From the NCBI GenBank assembly GCA_026023565.1, contig JAPETS010000009.1, positions 124,001 through 188,000 on the forward strand: a stretch of 64,000 bases of DNA, in the 5' to 3' direction. This stretch comes from Cirrosporium novae-zelandiae. Its lineage: Eukaryota. Positions within the stretch are counted from its first letter, which is position 1. Each line of letters starts with the position of its first letter. Shown here one piece after another: positions 39,976 through 53,184 of this stretch. A program made the translations under genes and the position numbers. The notes under the pieces were generated by a model, which saw only the letters and a list, made by a program, of their open reading frames with translations, made no database searches and had not been told where the DNA came from.

Positions 39976-41875
39976 CTATACTTCACTGATCTCGCTGCTA
40001 CTCCTCCTACTAGCCAGCATAAAAGGAGCCCCAGCTTCATCCTCTGAATCTCCATTGTCTTCTGAAATCTTCCGATTGCGCCGCGCTAGCCTAAGTCCTG
40101 TCCTGATCTCCCAAATTATTATACCTATTCCCATAATTGCAACAAATCCACACATCACTTTAAGGGGTATCGTATCGCTCTCCGTCAGATGAAGACCTCG
40201 GTCAGCCTGCAGCAATTAGAATTAGCCTTTTATATCAAGGGGACCTGGTTTCTTACACTCACCTTTGATTGACCAGACTCAACAATGTCACTATAGCCAA
40301 GAACGTTTCCGTCGTCATCGATCGCAGTAACCCTGACATATGAGCCAGAGTTGTCATCGAGAGCCGCCAGGGTCTCGAATCCAGCTCTCCTCACAGTCTT
40401 TACCTGGTAGAATTCCATATCGGCGGGTTCTGCCGAATTCGCTCCTTCAATAACCCAGCTTGAAACTTCGGTGGCACCATTCCAGCTCATATACACGATA
40501 TTATGGTCAACCTTGATTGCAGGCGAGTCCGTAGGATAGCCTTTCCATGCTTGCTTGTAAGCTCGATAAGATTGAACATTTCCCGATTCGAATGATGACG
40601 CGGCTTCAAAGTGAGTATCGCACAGGACCGTTCCATCTTCATCGAATTCGGTGAATACACCGTTGAACCCATAACCAACAAGAACGTGGCCATTGTTAAG
40701 AACCTGGAGGGATCCTTGGGAGGAACTAATGAATCGTTTAGGGTTGATGTAGGCTTGCTTAAGCTCGGCTGTCATCTTCTCGAAATCGAGCTTGATCCAC
40801 ATGCCCCGTGCATAATCCGCGGTGGTTAAACCAGCTCGTGCACCATTGTCAAAAAGGGTAATAGTAGAGTAGTCGTCATGCCAGCGTGCGTGATGTTGCC
40901 AAGCAAAATTCGTAGCTTCACCGCTGGAAATGTCCTCGAAATCGCTATTCTTTCCGCCCAATTTCCAGATAATTTCACCATCGGTACCGTTGATGTAGGT
41001 GACTGTGTGCATGTACCGAGAGGATATCAAATAATTTCCCTTGGGATCCTTTTCAATACTGTTTATGTGGAAAAAATCCAGAGGATCGCTACTCGAAGTT
41101 CCTCCAGCCGTAAAAAAACTTTCCTCGACCTTGTAGTGTTCGGATGCGCGCCACATGAATTTCAGTTCGCCAGTCTCGATATCAATCTCTTGGATTATTC
41201 CATCCCAGATGTAACCGGTCGCTGATTTTCCAATAGCTGTAAGATCATGTTGGACGATTTGATAGACGGTAATTAGGGCAGTGCCTTCGCCGGTAAAGAG
41301 GAATTCATGCAGGTCACCATCAAGGCCCTGTGCCGCACCGAGCTTGTATCTTTCATTGTAGGATTGATCGAGCTAGAAATCCCTTTAGTAAAAAAATCCA
41401 GGCCAAGAGGACCAGGGAAAACCTGGAGGTACATCTCGGCAAGGCCAGTTAATGGGGAAATTCATCAGCTTACCATGTAGTAGAAACCAGCGCCGTGTCC
41501 TCCTACGGCATCATTACCTGCCCAGAAGGTAAGATAATCCTCTCCTTTGTATTGTTGCACCTTCAAGCCATATACATCCCCGTAGCCATCTTGACGCCAA
41601 ACCATGCTCCCACTCTCATCCAGAATCATCGGGCCACGACTTTGGACAGCATTTCCTCGGGGGGCTATCATATAATAAAGTCCATCATGACATGACGGAT
41701 GATCCTGTAAAATGTTCACTCGAGGGGACTTGAAGTCGGTTGACATATGGGTTTCAGTCGGGTAGGATCCATAATCGCCCCGGTCGAAGGATGATGACTT
41801 GAAATATGGAGAGACATCGGCCAAGGCTGATATTAAAAAGGTAAAAAAAATCGCAACAACAGAATGGAATGGCAT
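39976..41875 (-). CDS. Arylsulfotransferase (ASST)-family protein with signal peptide and C-terminal TM helix; introns 41473-41373 and 40262-40207
   Basis: Signal peptide MPFHSVVAIFFTFLISALA. Family motifs: GPMILDESGSMVW, VQQYKGEDYLTFW, DLHEF, DFFHINSIEKD, YLISSRYMH, FAWQHHARW, SQGSLQVL, SYRAYK, YMSWNGATEV. Last exon encodes the hydrophobic VMCGFVAIMGIGIIIW followed by basic residues. Confidence 0.92.
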
Positions 41876-43735
41876 GTGGAATGAGTGTATGGTAGTTGGA
41901 TTTAAAAGGGTTGGGTATATGGATTAGAGGGTGAGGTAAAGATTTCGGATATCAACTCAAGAGGACCGGGGCGCGAACAGACAAGACAAGGCACAAGGAC
42001 ATGAAGCTGGAACATATATGCAGGTGAAACTCACACGGCAGCAACATGGAAAGTTACAGATTGGATAGCAACAGGGAATATGAATCAGTAATAGCTTAAA
42101 AACGGAGATCAAAAAGAGCTAGCAGATAAGTAACATCGGCAAGCCAAATAATAAAACAAGTCGAGGGGCCACGAAGTCTACGGAGTTTGAAGGCGCGTGG
42201 AAGGACTACGAAGTACGAAGACTACTTTTGAGGCTGGAGTGAGATAAGATGAACAAGGGACAAGAGTCCGCCGATTTTTTTTCTTTTCTTTTTTATTCTT
42301 TTCCCCATCACCCTGAAAGAAAGGAAAGGCTAAAAAAAAAACCAACATTAAGCGGATCCTAAAGATGAGAGGGCAATTACTGAGTACCTAGGGACATTAT
42401 GATGACTACGGGGCCTTTGGTTGAGGCGGGGAGACTACTTTTGGGAGGGGGGGGGGGGGTGTCGGGGGCTTGAAAGAAAAAAAAAATACATTGCGCGGTG
42501 CCAAGAAAATGCCAAGAGCCGAACTTGACTGGATAAGTATCAGGAGAGCTTAGCCTGATTTGAATTAACCAATCGCCGAATCCCGTTCTTCCCGGGATAT
42601 CCAACAATACAAACTACCACAGTCATTTCCTATCGGGTGGAGTTTGTACGCGTGTAGCTCTTTCTCTTTTGTTCTCTCTTTTTATACCATCTAGTTAACT
42701 CTATAATTTTTTCACCATCTATAATAACTAATAACTAATTCATTAGATGGTTTACTAAATATTTTTTTGTTGTATCTGTAATTAAATTGATTCTTTCGGG
42801 TTGATTTCTAGCTTAGCTACTTCTGGAAGGATTGAATTAATTGATCCTTTAATGCCAAGACACATAAAGGAGAAACTCGCCGGAACCTAAATCTCTAACA
42901 ATTCTTAAACTTTTCGTTTTCTTTGTCTCTGCATGGGGGCTGCAATCAGTGGTGGGGACTCGGGAGGGGGAGGAGGTGCCAGGAAGTGCCAGGAGAGGGG
43001 GGGGGAGGAGATGCACAAATCTCCTTTTCTTGGAATCAGCTTGGAGTTCTCGTCAAACAGTCGATGTGTGACCTTGAAGGCTTTTTAGGGCCTTGGTATC
43101 AGATCAGATAGATAATACGTATGACTATAAAAATAACAGCCTACCTAACTTTTTCCGCACCACCTAACAACGTTTGGTATATAAGAACGTGTCACTGAGG
43201 CCAGACAGCTTCGTTTTACGGATATTCGTGCAAGTAAAGTACGTAGGCTCTGTGGCAATCCAGCTACAAACAACGGTAAGCACTCGCAACCAGTACGTTA
43301 TCTGATCATTGATCAACGTTGTCGAGTCGTCGACTAATTAATAGCAACAAGTTAGCGGACACAAAAATGACTGGGGAACGGTGGTGGACAAATAGCAGGG
43401 GGAAGTGGAGTGGTGGTGGCACACTAGACCAATGATTTGCGTAATCACTTTTAATTAAATGAGGAACGTCAATGTGTAACTACTCTTAACTACTCTTAAC
43501 TACTCTACTCTCCGTTTAGTAGGCTAGCTACTTGAGTGGCTTGATTTTGGGGGAAGAGGAAGAAGGGGGTACGGGGAGGACGTTGAAGTTGGGTGTTGGG
43601 TGTTGGGTGGGAAAGGGAAAGGTGGAAAAGCCTTTTTCCATTCTTTTCAACTTCCATTTGACTTCCCACGCACGCCACTCTTCCCTCGGAGTTTTGGGGC
43701 TGTAGAGCCGGTAGAGCCTTAACCATAAGGCCGAA

Positions 43736-43763
43736 GTCACGTGAGATTAGCAATAATTTTTTC
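43736..43763. promoter_or_regulatory. E-box (GTCACGTGA) followed by an AATTTTTT (RRPE-like) tract upstream of SPB4
   Basis: gtcacgtgagattagcaataatttttt lies ~180 nt before the ATG of a ribosome-biogenesis gene. Confidence 0.4.
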
Positions 43764-43920
43764 TCAAGCTCAACTGTAAGACCTAGATAACCTGTATGAT
43801 CTATATGGATTAACTACAATTCCTCTCTGACTCTCTCTGACTAGTCATTGAGGGGAGATCTCTTCTTACTCTAGAGAGATTCTTTTAAGATTTTTTTTCA
43901 AAACAATTCCCTTTTTCACC

Positions 43921-45920
43921 ATGGCCCCCGAACCATTGACGAAACGGTCATCCAGTAGAGCTTGGGAAGCTCTGACCCCACCACTATCAGAATGGATTCT
44001 TGATGCGACAGCCAGTATGGGCTTCGGTCGCATGACACCAGTACAGGCTTCCACAATCCCTCTATTCATGACGCACAAAGACGTGGTAGTTGAAGTAAGC
44101 ATATTATTCTTGGTGAACCAATCACGCAATCGGCGGCTAACAGCTCGTTCTTCAAGGCTGTTACTGGTAGCGGAAAGACCCTCGCTTTCCTGATACCTGT
44201 GGTGGAAAAGCTATTAAGGATTGAGGAACCGATCAAGAGGCATCATGTTGGCGCAATTATTGTTTCTCCCACGAGGGAATTGGCCACTCAGATATACAAT
44301 GTTCTTGTCTCATTACTTAAATTCCATGGTCCTTCTACGGCAGTTCTAAAACCTCCAGATGATGAAAGCCATGAGGGGCAGATGGACATTGATGGTGGCG
44401 CAAAGGAGGAGGAAACGCCCATATACCCCGCTTCTACTCTCAAGATTCTTCCCCAGCTTCTAGTTGGAGGCAAGACAGCAACCGTCTCTCAAGACCTGCA
44501 GCACTTTATGAAACATTCTCCAAACATCCTCATCGCAACGCCAGGACGACTTGTCGAGCTTCTCTCCTCTCCTCGCGTCCATACTCCACAATCCTCGTTC
44601 GAAATGCTCATTCTTGACGAGGCCGACCGACTGCTCTCTCTCGGGTTCCAACCCACTCTTCAAAAGATACTTTCTCTCCTCCCCAAACAACGACGAACTG
44701 GTCTCTTCAGCGCCAGTGTGTCCGAGGCCGTATCAAAACTCATCCTTGTCGGCCTTCGCAATCCCGTCAAAGTCTCTGTCAAAGTAAAATCCCAAGTCAC
44801 CGACCAAGACCTCCGGGTTCCAACTAGCCTCGAATTGACATATATGCTCACGCCTCCACGGCACAAACTGCCTGCCCTCAACCACATTCTCAACAATCTG
44901 TCTCCAACTCCACAAAAATCAATCATCTATGTCTCCACCTGTGCGACGGTCGACTACCTCTCAACCATACTCCCGATCCTGATTCCCAAATCCTTCACCC
45001 TCATTCCACTCCATGGAAAGCAACCACCACAAGTTCGCACTCGGCTCTTCAACCAATTTCTCGGAACCACCACGCCTTGTCTCCTCCTAACAACCGACCT
45101 CGCTGCCCGGGGCCTCGACATTCCCTCGGTGGATCTAACAATCCAACTTTCCCCCCCAAGCACCCCGTCGACCTATCTCCACCGCTCTGGCCGCGCGGGC
45201 CGTGCAGGGCGACCTGGTCTCTCCGTCCTCTTCCTAACCCCCGGTCGTGAAGAAGGCTACATTCCCTTCCTCGCCGTGCGCCACACACCCATCCATCCGC
45301 TCTCGCTTCCCAACCTTCCCGAATTCAACCCCACCCCTACCCAGATAACCACAACCGAAACCACAATCCGCACCCACCTCCTCACCGACCGAACCCTCCA
45401 CGACAAATCCCAACGCTCCTTTGTCTCCTACGCCCGCTTCTACAGCTCCCACGAAGCAAAATCCATCTTCCGAATCACCGACCTCAACTTCGAGGACCTA
45501 GGTCACGCGTGGGGTCTCCTTAAGCTTCCCAAAATGCCCGAACTCAAAGCCCATCCAGAAATAGATAAAACCCTAGGCCAAAAAGAGATCGACTGGAAAA
45601 ACTACACATACAAAGACAAGCAGCGCGAGAAACGACGACTAGAAAAACAAGAAGATGAATCCAACAAGCACGATGATGATGACACAACAGCGCCCCGAAA
45701 CGCAAACGCGGCCTGGAGCGCCCAGCACGCAGCGCACGCGAAGAGAAACAAGAGGAGGGAGCAGAGACATGTGCGGAGAGAGAAAGAGAGGAAAGCGAAA
45801 ATGACCGAGGAGGAGAGGGCGAGGGATGATGAGCTGGAGGATATGATTGAGGTTGTGAGGAAGGGGGTTAGGAGGCGCGAGGAGATGGAAGAGGAGGAGT
45901 GGGGGGGTTGTGAGGATTGA
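43921..45920 (+). CDS. SPB4: ATP-dependent rRNA DEAD-box helicase Spb4 (DDX55 orthologue); intron 44095-44156
   Basis: Q motif [16 protein letters not shown], then [14 protein letters not shown] across the intron, [47 protein letters not shown], and the Spb4-type C-terminal SFVSY...IFR...[12 protein letters not shown]. Confidence 0.95.
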
Positions 45921-45959
45921 GGATTTGGATGTGGGTGGACATGGGTATGGAGATTGTGG

Positions 45960-48320
45960 GATTAGAAGATGAATGCTGGGTTGTAATTTTACCTAGATGG
46001 ATGAATATGTGAATATGAATACGATATATGATACCCCTCAACACCTAAAGGCAGAGAGACCAAGAGACTTAAGGATAGTCAACCGTTTTTGTATATTAGC
46101 ATATTATATATTATAATCCTACTTACCCACCCACCCACCCACCTACATTCCCATATCCGCATTCATACATATACACCTCCCCTCCCCCCAAACTCCCCAA
46201 AAGGCCGAGAGACCGAGAGACCTCGATACGATTCGTCTTTGTAGATTAGAATTAGTATATTATAATCCTTTCCTCCCTTTCTATTCACTAACATCAACAT
46301 CCTCATTCATCCACATCCCCCCTCTCTCTAGTTCTAGGAATACACACCCAGAACCCAGAATCTGGAATAGTATATACTCATCTATCCATCCCCAGCCCCC
46401 CCAAATACCCGAATACCCAAAGTCAAAGTCAACTTTTATATTTTTTAAATTTTTTTTTATATCTATTTTTTTTTATATATCCCTTACCTATTTAAGTTAA
46501 TTAAGTTAGTGTGTGAAGTATCTAGGTAGGCTAGGTTAGGTAGCCAGCTATATTCTTACTATTCTAAACAATTTCAATATTTCTGTTACTACTACTACTA
46601 CTCTAGCTGGGTTTGATTGATTGATTGATTGATTGATTGATAGGATAGAATAAGTATAGGTATTAGCTATATTGGGTATGTTGGGTATGTTGGGTATATT
46701 GATGCACACGGGATAAGGCGAGATGAGACTCTTTCTACTCTCTACTCTCTATTATATTCTCCGTTTCCATTTCTATCAAGATTGTATTAAGTTTATATAT
46801 GGATAGGTATATCCCAGTTCATTACATACATACATACATACATACACACTCTCTATCCGGTTATTCCCATGCGTGAAGATTGATATTTTTCCAAAAAAAA
46901 AAAAAACAATAATAAAAAAAAGAGTTATTAAACTTCTAGAACCCCCTAAAAGGTACCAGAATTCTAGGTAAATGAATAAAAATTTAAAAAAAGGGGGGGG
47001 GAAGAGGGAAGGGGAAAGAAAGAGTTGGAGGGGTTTATGGAGGGAGGGGGAGGTTATGGATTTATAGACTACGATACAAGTCCTCCATCCTTATGTTTAT
47101 TCCCATATCCTCATATCCTCATATCCCCACACCCTCGGTAGCCCAAGTAACCCGTAAGAAAGCAAAGAAAGGAAAGGACACTTATTTAGGTATTTACTAA
47201 TGTTTGAACTTTGAACTTGCGACGAGAAAGCTGAGAACTTCTTCTTCTCTCATATCCCACGTCTCTATTAATCCCATTAAACAACCTATATTTTAGTAAG
47301 AAAGCAAAACAAAGCAAAGGAAAACAAAGAAAGGAACACCTTATTTACTTATCATACTTAAACTTGAACTTGTAAAAGAAGGTAAGAAGTTAAGCTCTTC
47401 CCTCCTTTCCTTTTTCCCTTCTCTCCCACTCATGCTCTTACGCTCTTCCTTCCTTACTCTTTCTTTGTATATCAGTATTCATACCATACCATACTATATC
47501 CAATAAAACAGCCCAGTTCCATCCAATCCAATTAAATCTACATTTTATACTCTTTTTTTTTCCCCTCCCCCCTTATTTAGCTTCATTCAGTCTCATACAT
47601 ACGTACGTATATATATATAATATATCACAGATCACAGGCAAATGTCATATGCGCTCGGATAAGGGTGAGGGGATGTGGAAGGAAGGATGAAGATGAGTAT
47701 GTAGATGAGGATGAGCATGTGGAAGAGAGATGGAGATGGAGATGGAGATGGAGAGATGGAGGGATGGGATCGTTGTAAGCATGAGGAAGAGGATGAGGAA
47801 GAAAAAGAGGATGGGAAGGGAGGAAGAGGAGAAGTGATAGCATAACCACCTATTTGCATACATACATACATACATGCCTACTTACCTAACATACTAGACC
47901 CCACCAGAATACTCTAGCCCTCAAATATATCTCTAGTATATCCCTAATCCCCGTCTCTCCCCCGCCCTCTAAAAAAAAAACAGTATATAATATACATATA
48001 CAGGATCTTGAGACTCAAAAGTAACTAGAAATACCAGGTATAGGCTTTGTGCCTGCTGTTCATCCATCTCTCTGTCTATCTCTCCACCTCTCCATTCATC
48101 CCTCCATCCCCCCCTGGCTTTTCACATCTTATATATAAATATCTAGGTAGACATGGAAAGATTTGGTCGGCTATGGAAGGGGTAGGCAGATAGATAGACA
48201 GATAGATAGATAAATAGATAAATAGGTAGGTAGGTAGGAAGATAGACGGGCAGAGAGACAGGAAGATAGAAAAGAAGATATAGACTAAAAGTGGCACCAC
48301 CGATTTACTTTTTTTTTAAA
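45960..48320. repeat. Low-complexity region with microsatellites and two pairs of eroded ~140-150 bp tandem duplications
   Basis: (GATT)n, (TACA)n, (GATGGA)n and (AGAT)n tracts. Duplicated units at ~46048/46201 and ~47154/47296. Confidence 0.75.
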
Positions 48321-49117
48321 GATTTTGAATTTTCGAATCTGTCTGCTAGACTAGTCCTAATTACCTAGTGTAATTAATGCAACAGACCCCTAAAAGATGT
48401 GTTCTTTTCACTTAGTTACATGAAAAAAGAAGAAGTAAAAAAAAGAAGCCCCTAAGAAGACGAATGGGATGGTCTGGCTCGGAAAAATTTCTTGCTGGAA
48501 GATTAACCCCAAGAAAGAAAGATCATGGCAATCAACTCGATAACTCAACCACCTTTTCGAGGACTAGGCTTGGTAGGTTTCCATCTGATGGACCCTCCTT
48601 CCCAAGGTGTCCCTTCCAAAGAAGGTAACCCCGATGAAGGAAAATCACAAAAGACTCCACACCATGCCCCGTCCATGAGTGGTGGTTGAGATCGGGTTGA
48701 CCGCATGACCCCTCAATCCCAAGGCTTCATGCCCCAGAAGAAAAAGCCCGAGCCAGACCCCCTTCGAAACCGAAGGTAACTTCAATAAGTACAGGATTCG
48801 CTGATCCCCCTTGGATATTGACAGAGAAGGGAAGAAAAGGATAGAGAAGAGAAGAAGAAAAGAGAAAAGGAAAAAAATGTCACAACTCCCCCAATCGCTT
48901 TATCCTATTCATACACGGTCGTATCCCACCGACTGTCCCGTTGACCATTGATTAGTTCTCCCTTACACAAAAATTCACAAGAGAAAGCATAAAAGAAAAC
49001 CGAGCATAAAACTTTTCATCGTGAAAAAAAAAAAAAAATCACTTTTGGTATACTGTTATTCCAACCGACTCCTTGGTGTACTAGTATTCCGACCAACGCC
49101 TTCGTTATGATGTGTCA

Positions 49118-51801
49118 TCAGGCAGCTTGCTGAATGCGTCCATTCTCCTTATAGAAACGAACATCATTGGCGAAATCATCGTCAGCAGCTTGTATTTGTT
49201 CTGGAGTGCGTTGATTGAATAGGGTCTGCGCATTCTCCAGCTCCTCTTGCGTGAATCTTCCTCCTTGTGACTTGAGAACAGTAGTTGGCCACTCTATTAA
49301 AGTAGGAGAAGTGTCCTCATTAGAAGCAAGGGAATCTTCAACTTCTGGCTCGACCTGTTGTGCCTTTGGTTGAGTCTCAGTTAGAACCTTTGGTTGAGTC
49401 TCAGTTAGGACATTTGGTTGAATCTCAGGTAGAGCTTTTGGTTGAGTCTCAGCTAGCGCCTTTTTCCAGGTATCAACTCCTCCTTTGACAGGGCTGACAG
49501 GCCGTGTAAAGTGGCGATTATGAACAGGAGTATTCTCGGTGGAACCACCTTCAACCACTGGACTAAGGGTAGTCTGATATTGACTGAGAGCACTTGGTCT
49601 GCGGGACCTGTGTTTCATAATCTCGGCTCGTTTCTTGGCTAGTGCATCATTCTCTGGAGTAACTGCAGGATTGGCGCTAGGAAGAGTAGCATGAGCAGGA
49701 GTTGGGCGGGGTGGAGGCGGCTGAGTCCACTTGCTTGGTTCCTCAGTAGACAAATTGTTCGACTCCTTGGTGGAAGATGTGCTTGGCTCTGCAGTGATAG
49801 GATTGCTTGGTTCCTCGATAGGAGGTTGGCTGGCTGTCGACGATGAACCACGCTCCGGCGAGAGTTCCTCATCATCAGAGTCGTCGCTATATGTCAATTC
49901 GAAGGTACCACTCTTGTTAGGGATCACAGGTGGAGGTACATAGTCAGGTGGGTTCTGGCCTTCTCGAACTTGCTGTCCCTGGACCTGTTGCCCCGTCTGG
50001 TTGACAGTAGCAGCCTGATCAAATAGGTTCTTCCCATTGTCACGCTTTAAGCTTCGGTTACTTGGATCAGCGAACATTGTACCGGTGTACGGCGCGGCGC
50101 GTTTTGGATCACCAATACGATTTCGAGGACTAGTTTCATTCTCATCGACACAGTCTTCGACACGAGCCTTCTTGGATGGACGAATACTTTCCGGGTCATC
50201 ATTCTTCCTCGCAGACTTGGGAGTACCAACAGCGGAGGCATGGTTGGTAGGAACTGTGTCGTTGCCATTTGCTTTGGAAGGCGTCTCTCCGTCGTCACTC
50301 GACTCATCGAAATAATCCTCCCACATCCCGTACGAGCAGCCTGGAGGGTTTGGTATTACTTCTGGACTCGTAATCCGCTTTCTCTTGCTGCCTGTCTTTT
50401 GAATTTCCTCGGCTTTAGCAAGTTCCTCTCGTTCAATTGCTCTCCTCGCTTGCTCTTTCTTGGTGAATTCAATCTGAGACTCGATGAAATCTCTCTCAAT
50501 TCGCTTATTTTCCTCCTTGATCATCTCTTCTTTGGACCTGAATGCCTTCTGTGGTTTCTTGGCTTGACGGCTACCTGCGGTTGGTATAGGACCGGCGCTG
50601 GCTGGAGCATTGTTTGCTGAAAAGATGACGCGACCACTGGGTTCTGTTTGAGGCATGGCACCGAAATCCAATGAGACCTGTTGACCAACAGGAGTAGAAG
50701 GGACATTATTAGGATTCACTGCTAAATAAAATGTGAAGATTAGCGTTAGTTATGCGCTAGCGATAGATGTAGCTTACCTGCGCGTCTTTCACCACCAAAG
50801 AGCTTTTTAACCGAGCCAAGAATAGCACGTATTTTCGACTGACCATTTCGTGGTGCTGGCGTGGGGGTTGCTGGTGCTGCAAACACCTCAGATGTTGGAG
50901 GGGATGCGGAAGGTGTTTCAGCAACTGGAGCGACCTGAGTCGACTTTTGATCTTCTCCCATCTGTACATTGCCAGCATCGTTAGTGCCATCAGCCATACC
51001 CACATCGGTATTGTCATTGATGGACTCGCGCTGTCTGTAGCCGAGAACCTTGCGGGCACTAGCTGCGCTGCGAAGTGTCCGACGGCGCAGAATACTGGAT
51101 TCCCAGAGCAGGTTTCCATTTCTGTCTCTTTGTTTTGTCAATGCCGAGGTCGGTGGGAATCTAGTAGATGTGGAGGTATTCGGATCGTTGGTATTGTTGG
51201 GTGGGGAGGATTGAGAAGGGGGGGGTGTTTCGCGTAAGCGTTTCGAGGCTGGAACTTCAGACTGATTATTTTCTTCATCAGACTCTGGATATTCTCGTCT
51301 CCGCTTGAGGGTTTCGCGACGTCGCTCGATCACTGTTGGGATATCATCAAGTAAGTCTCTCATTCTGGACGTTGGGCTTGTATTAGGAGTATATCTGAGT
51401 AAAGCTGCGGCAAGAGAGGTGCCCGTTGTGCGTTTGGGAAGCGCTACATGAGGCACCTTATTGGGGTCCTCAAAAGACTTCTCAAAGGACGACGCAGGGC
51501 CCTTGTGATGGCAGGAGGGGCAGCAGAGGTATATCACTCTAGGAGTATTGGTCTGGATCTGTGTCTGGATCTCTGGGGTCTCTGGCTGGGTCTCTGTCTG
51601 GGTCTCACAGTTGCTTGCTGTTTCCTCCACGATGGGCTCAACGGGTTCACTTGGTTCGCCGACCGGGTTCTCGAACGAGGGTTCAGCCGATGATGCGGAA
51701 GACGGGCCAGTTGGCGTATCTTTCTTCTTTCGCCCGCGTCTTTTCGGAGTCGGAAGCTTTTGCAGCGGCGAAGCGGCTGCCTGAGATCTTGTACGAGCCA
51801 T
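49118..51801 (-). CDS. Hypothetical disordered S/P/T/E-rich protein, likely nuclear, ~875 aa; intron 50777-50722
   Basis: Two long ORFs joined by a GTAAGC...CTAAC...TAG intron in phase 1. Basic motifs MARTRS, KRRGRKKK and GSKRKR; short motifs LCCPSCHHKGP, SPEVIPNPPGCSYGM and WTQPPPPRPTPAHATLP; a 24-bp/8-aa repeat (LTETQPKV) x4 at ~49360-49460. Confidence 0.8.
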
Positions 51802-53184
51802 TGTGATTGCCTTTTCGATCTTTAGTCAGAAGGTGGTTCAGGAAGGAACGAGAAGGTTGAAAATGTACAAGAAAGAGTTGGAGATGGATGAGGTGTTTCT
51901 GAGAAAACTAAAGGCAGGTACGAGTTGCATCGAAAAGATGCGATGAATGACGGGGATTTCGCTTACCTTAAACGCGATCGCGTCTATTTTACGCGACAAG
52001 CGAACGTCTTTGGCGAGGAACTTTATCTTGATATCACTTCGACTTTGGTACAGACAACTGCTTTGATTTTTGGTTGTTGATGTTTGAAATGGTTGAAGTT
52101 AACTTGTTGATATTCTTGTTAAGCTGACGTGAACACTTTGGGGTTGAGTTGCACTCTGGAGTGCTAAGCTAAGCTGTTCTTGTGCTTGAGACAAGTTTTC
52201 TTGAGATACTCAAGGTTGTTCAGATCGTCAACCTGGTCAAGAAGTGATTGTCTCTAAGAGAGCTAAGCTTGTTAAAAGGCTCAAGGTATGAGAAGTGTTC
52301 AGAGTCAGAGGTTAAGAAGTCAACGGGGTTGTGGTACATGAAATGTTGTAAAGGTTGAGAGTTGTAAAGGAAGAAGAGTTGAGAAGGAAGAGTTGTGGGA
52401 AATTTATAGTGGATATTTTGTTGTTGTTGCTATTGTTGTTGTTATTGTTGCTGTTATTGTTGTTGTTTTTATTGGTGCTGCCTAGATGTGGTGGTGCGAG
52501 GCAAAAAAAAAAGCGTCTCTAGTAGAGCTATGAACGGATATTGCCTTTTGAAAACAGTGGAGGACTATCCCATCACTCTCTGACTACTATGTTTTACCGC
52601 AAGAGACAACTAGCTTGGATATCTCCTCAAAGAGTGCGTTCGTCTTACTCACCCACGAGCCCTAGTTTGCGAGGAGATTTCTAACAGCTTATATACTAAG
52701 ATCAATTTCAGATCCTATTCTCCTTAAAGGTATCCCGGATACAGAATGGTTCGGTATATAATACGGCATAAACAGACTGGATATACTAGTAAAGGGAGCT
52801 GAAATATGTCAAGAGAGTAGATATTTATCCATTAGAAAAGTACCTAGGTATTTCATCATCTCACACGGTCCTACAACAGTACTAGAATTTAAAGTCACAG
52901 TATTCCTTAATTCACATAGAGGATAACCCAAGTGAAACTAGAAATTACCATACCAGTTTGAGAGATAAAAGCCAATAGCCTAGGATTGTAATACAGAAAG
53001 CCTAAGAACTAGAAATGATACATTCTTCAAGCCGTCAATAGCATCTAAGGGAAACATAGGTGTCAAATTTCAATCGGCCCGTAATAATTAAATAATATAG
53101 TTAAACACCAGTATCTACCAACAGCGAATCCGTAACTCTACAGAGATATCTACTTAGGCTTGACACAACTATCCATAAGTACAC

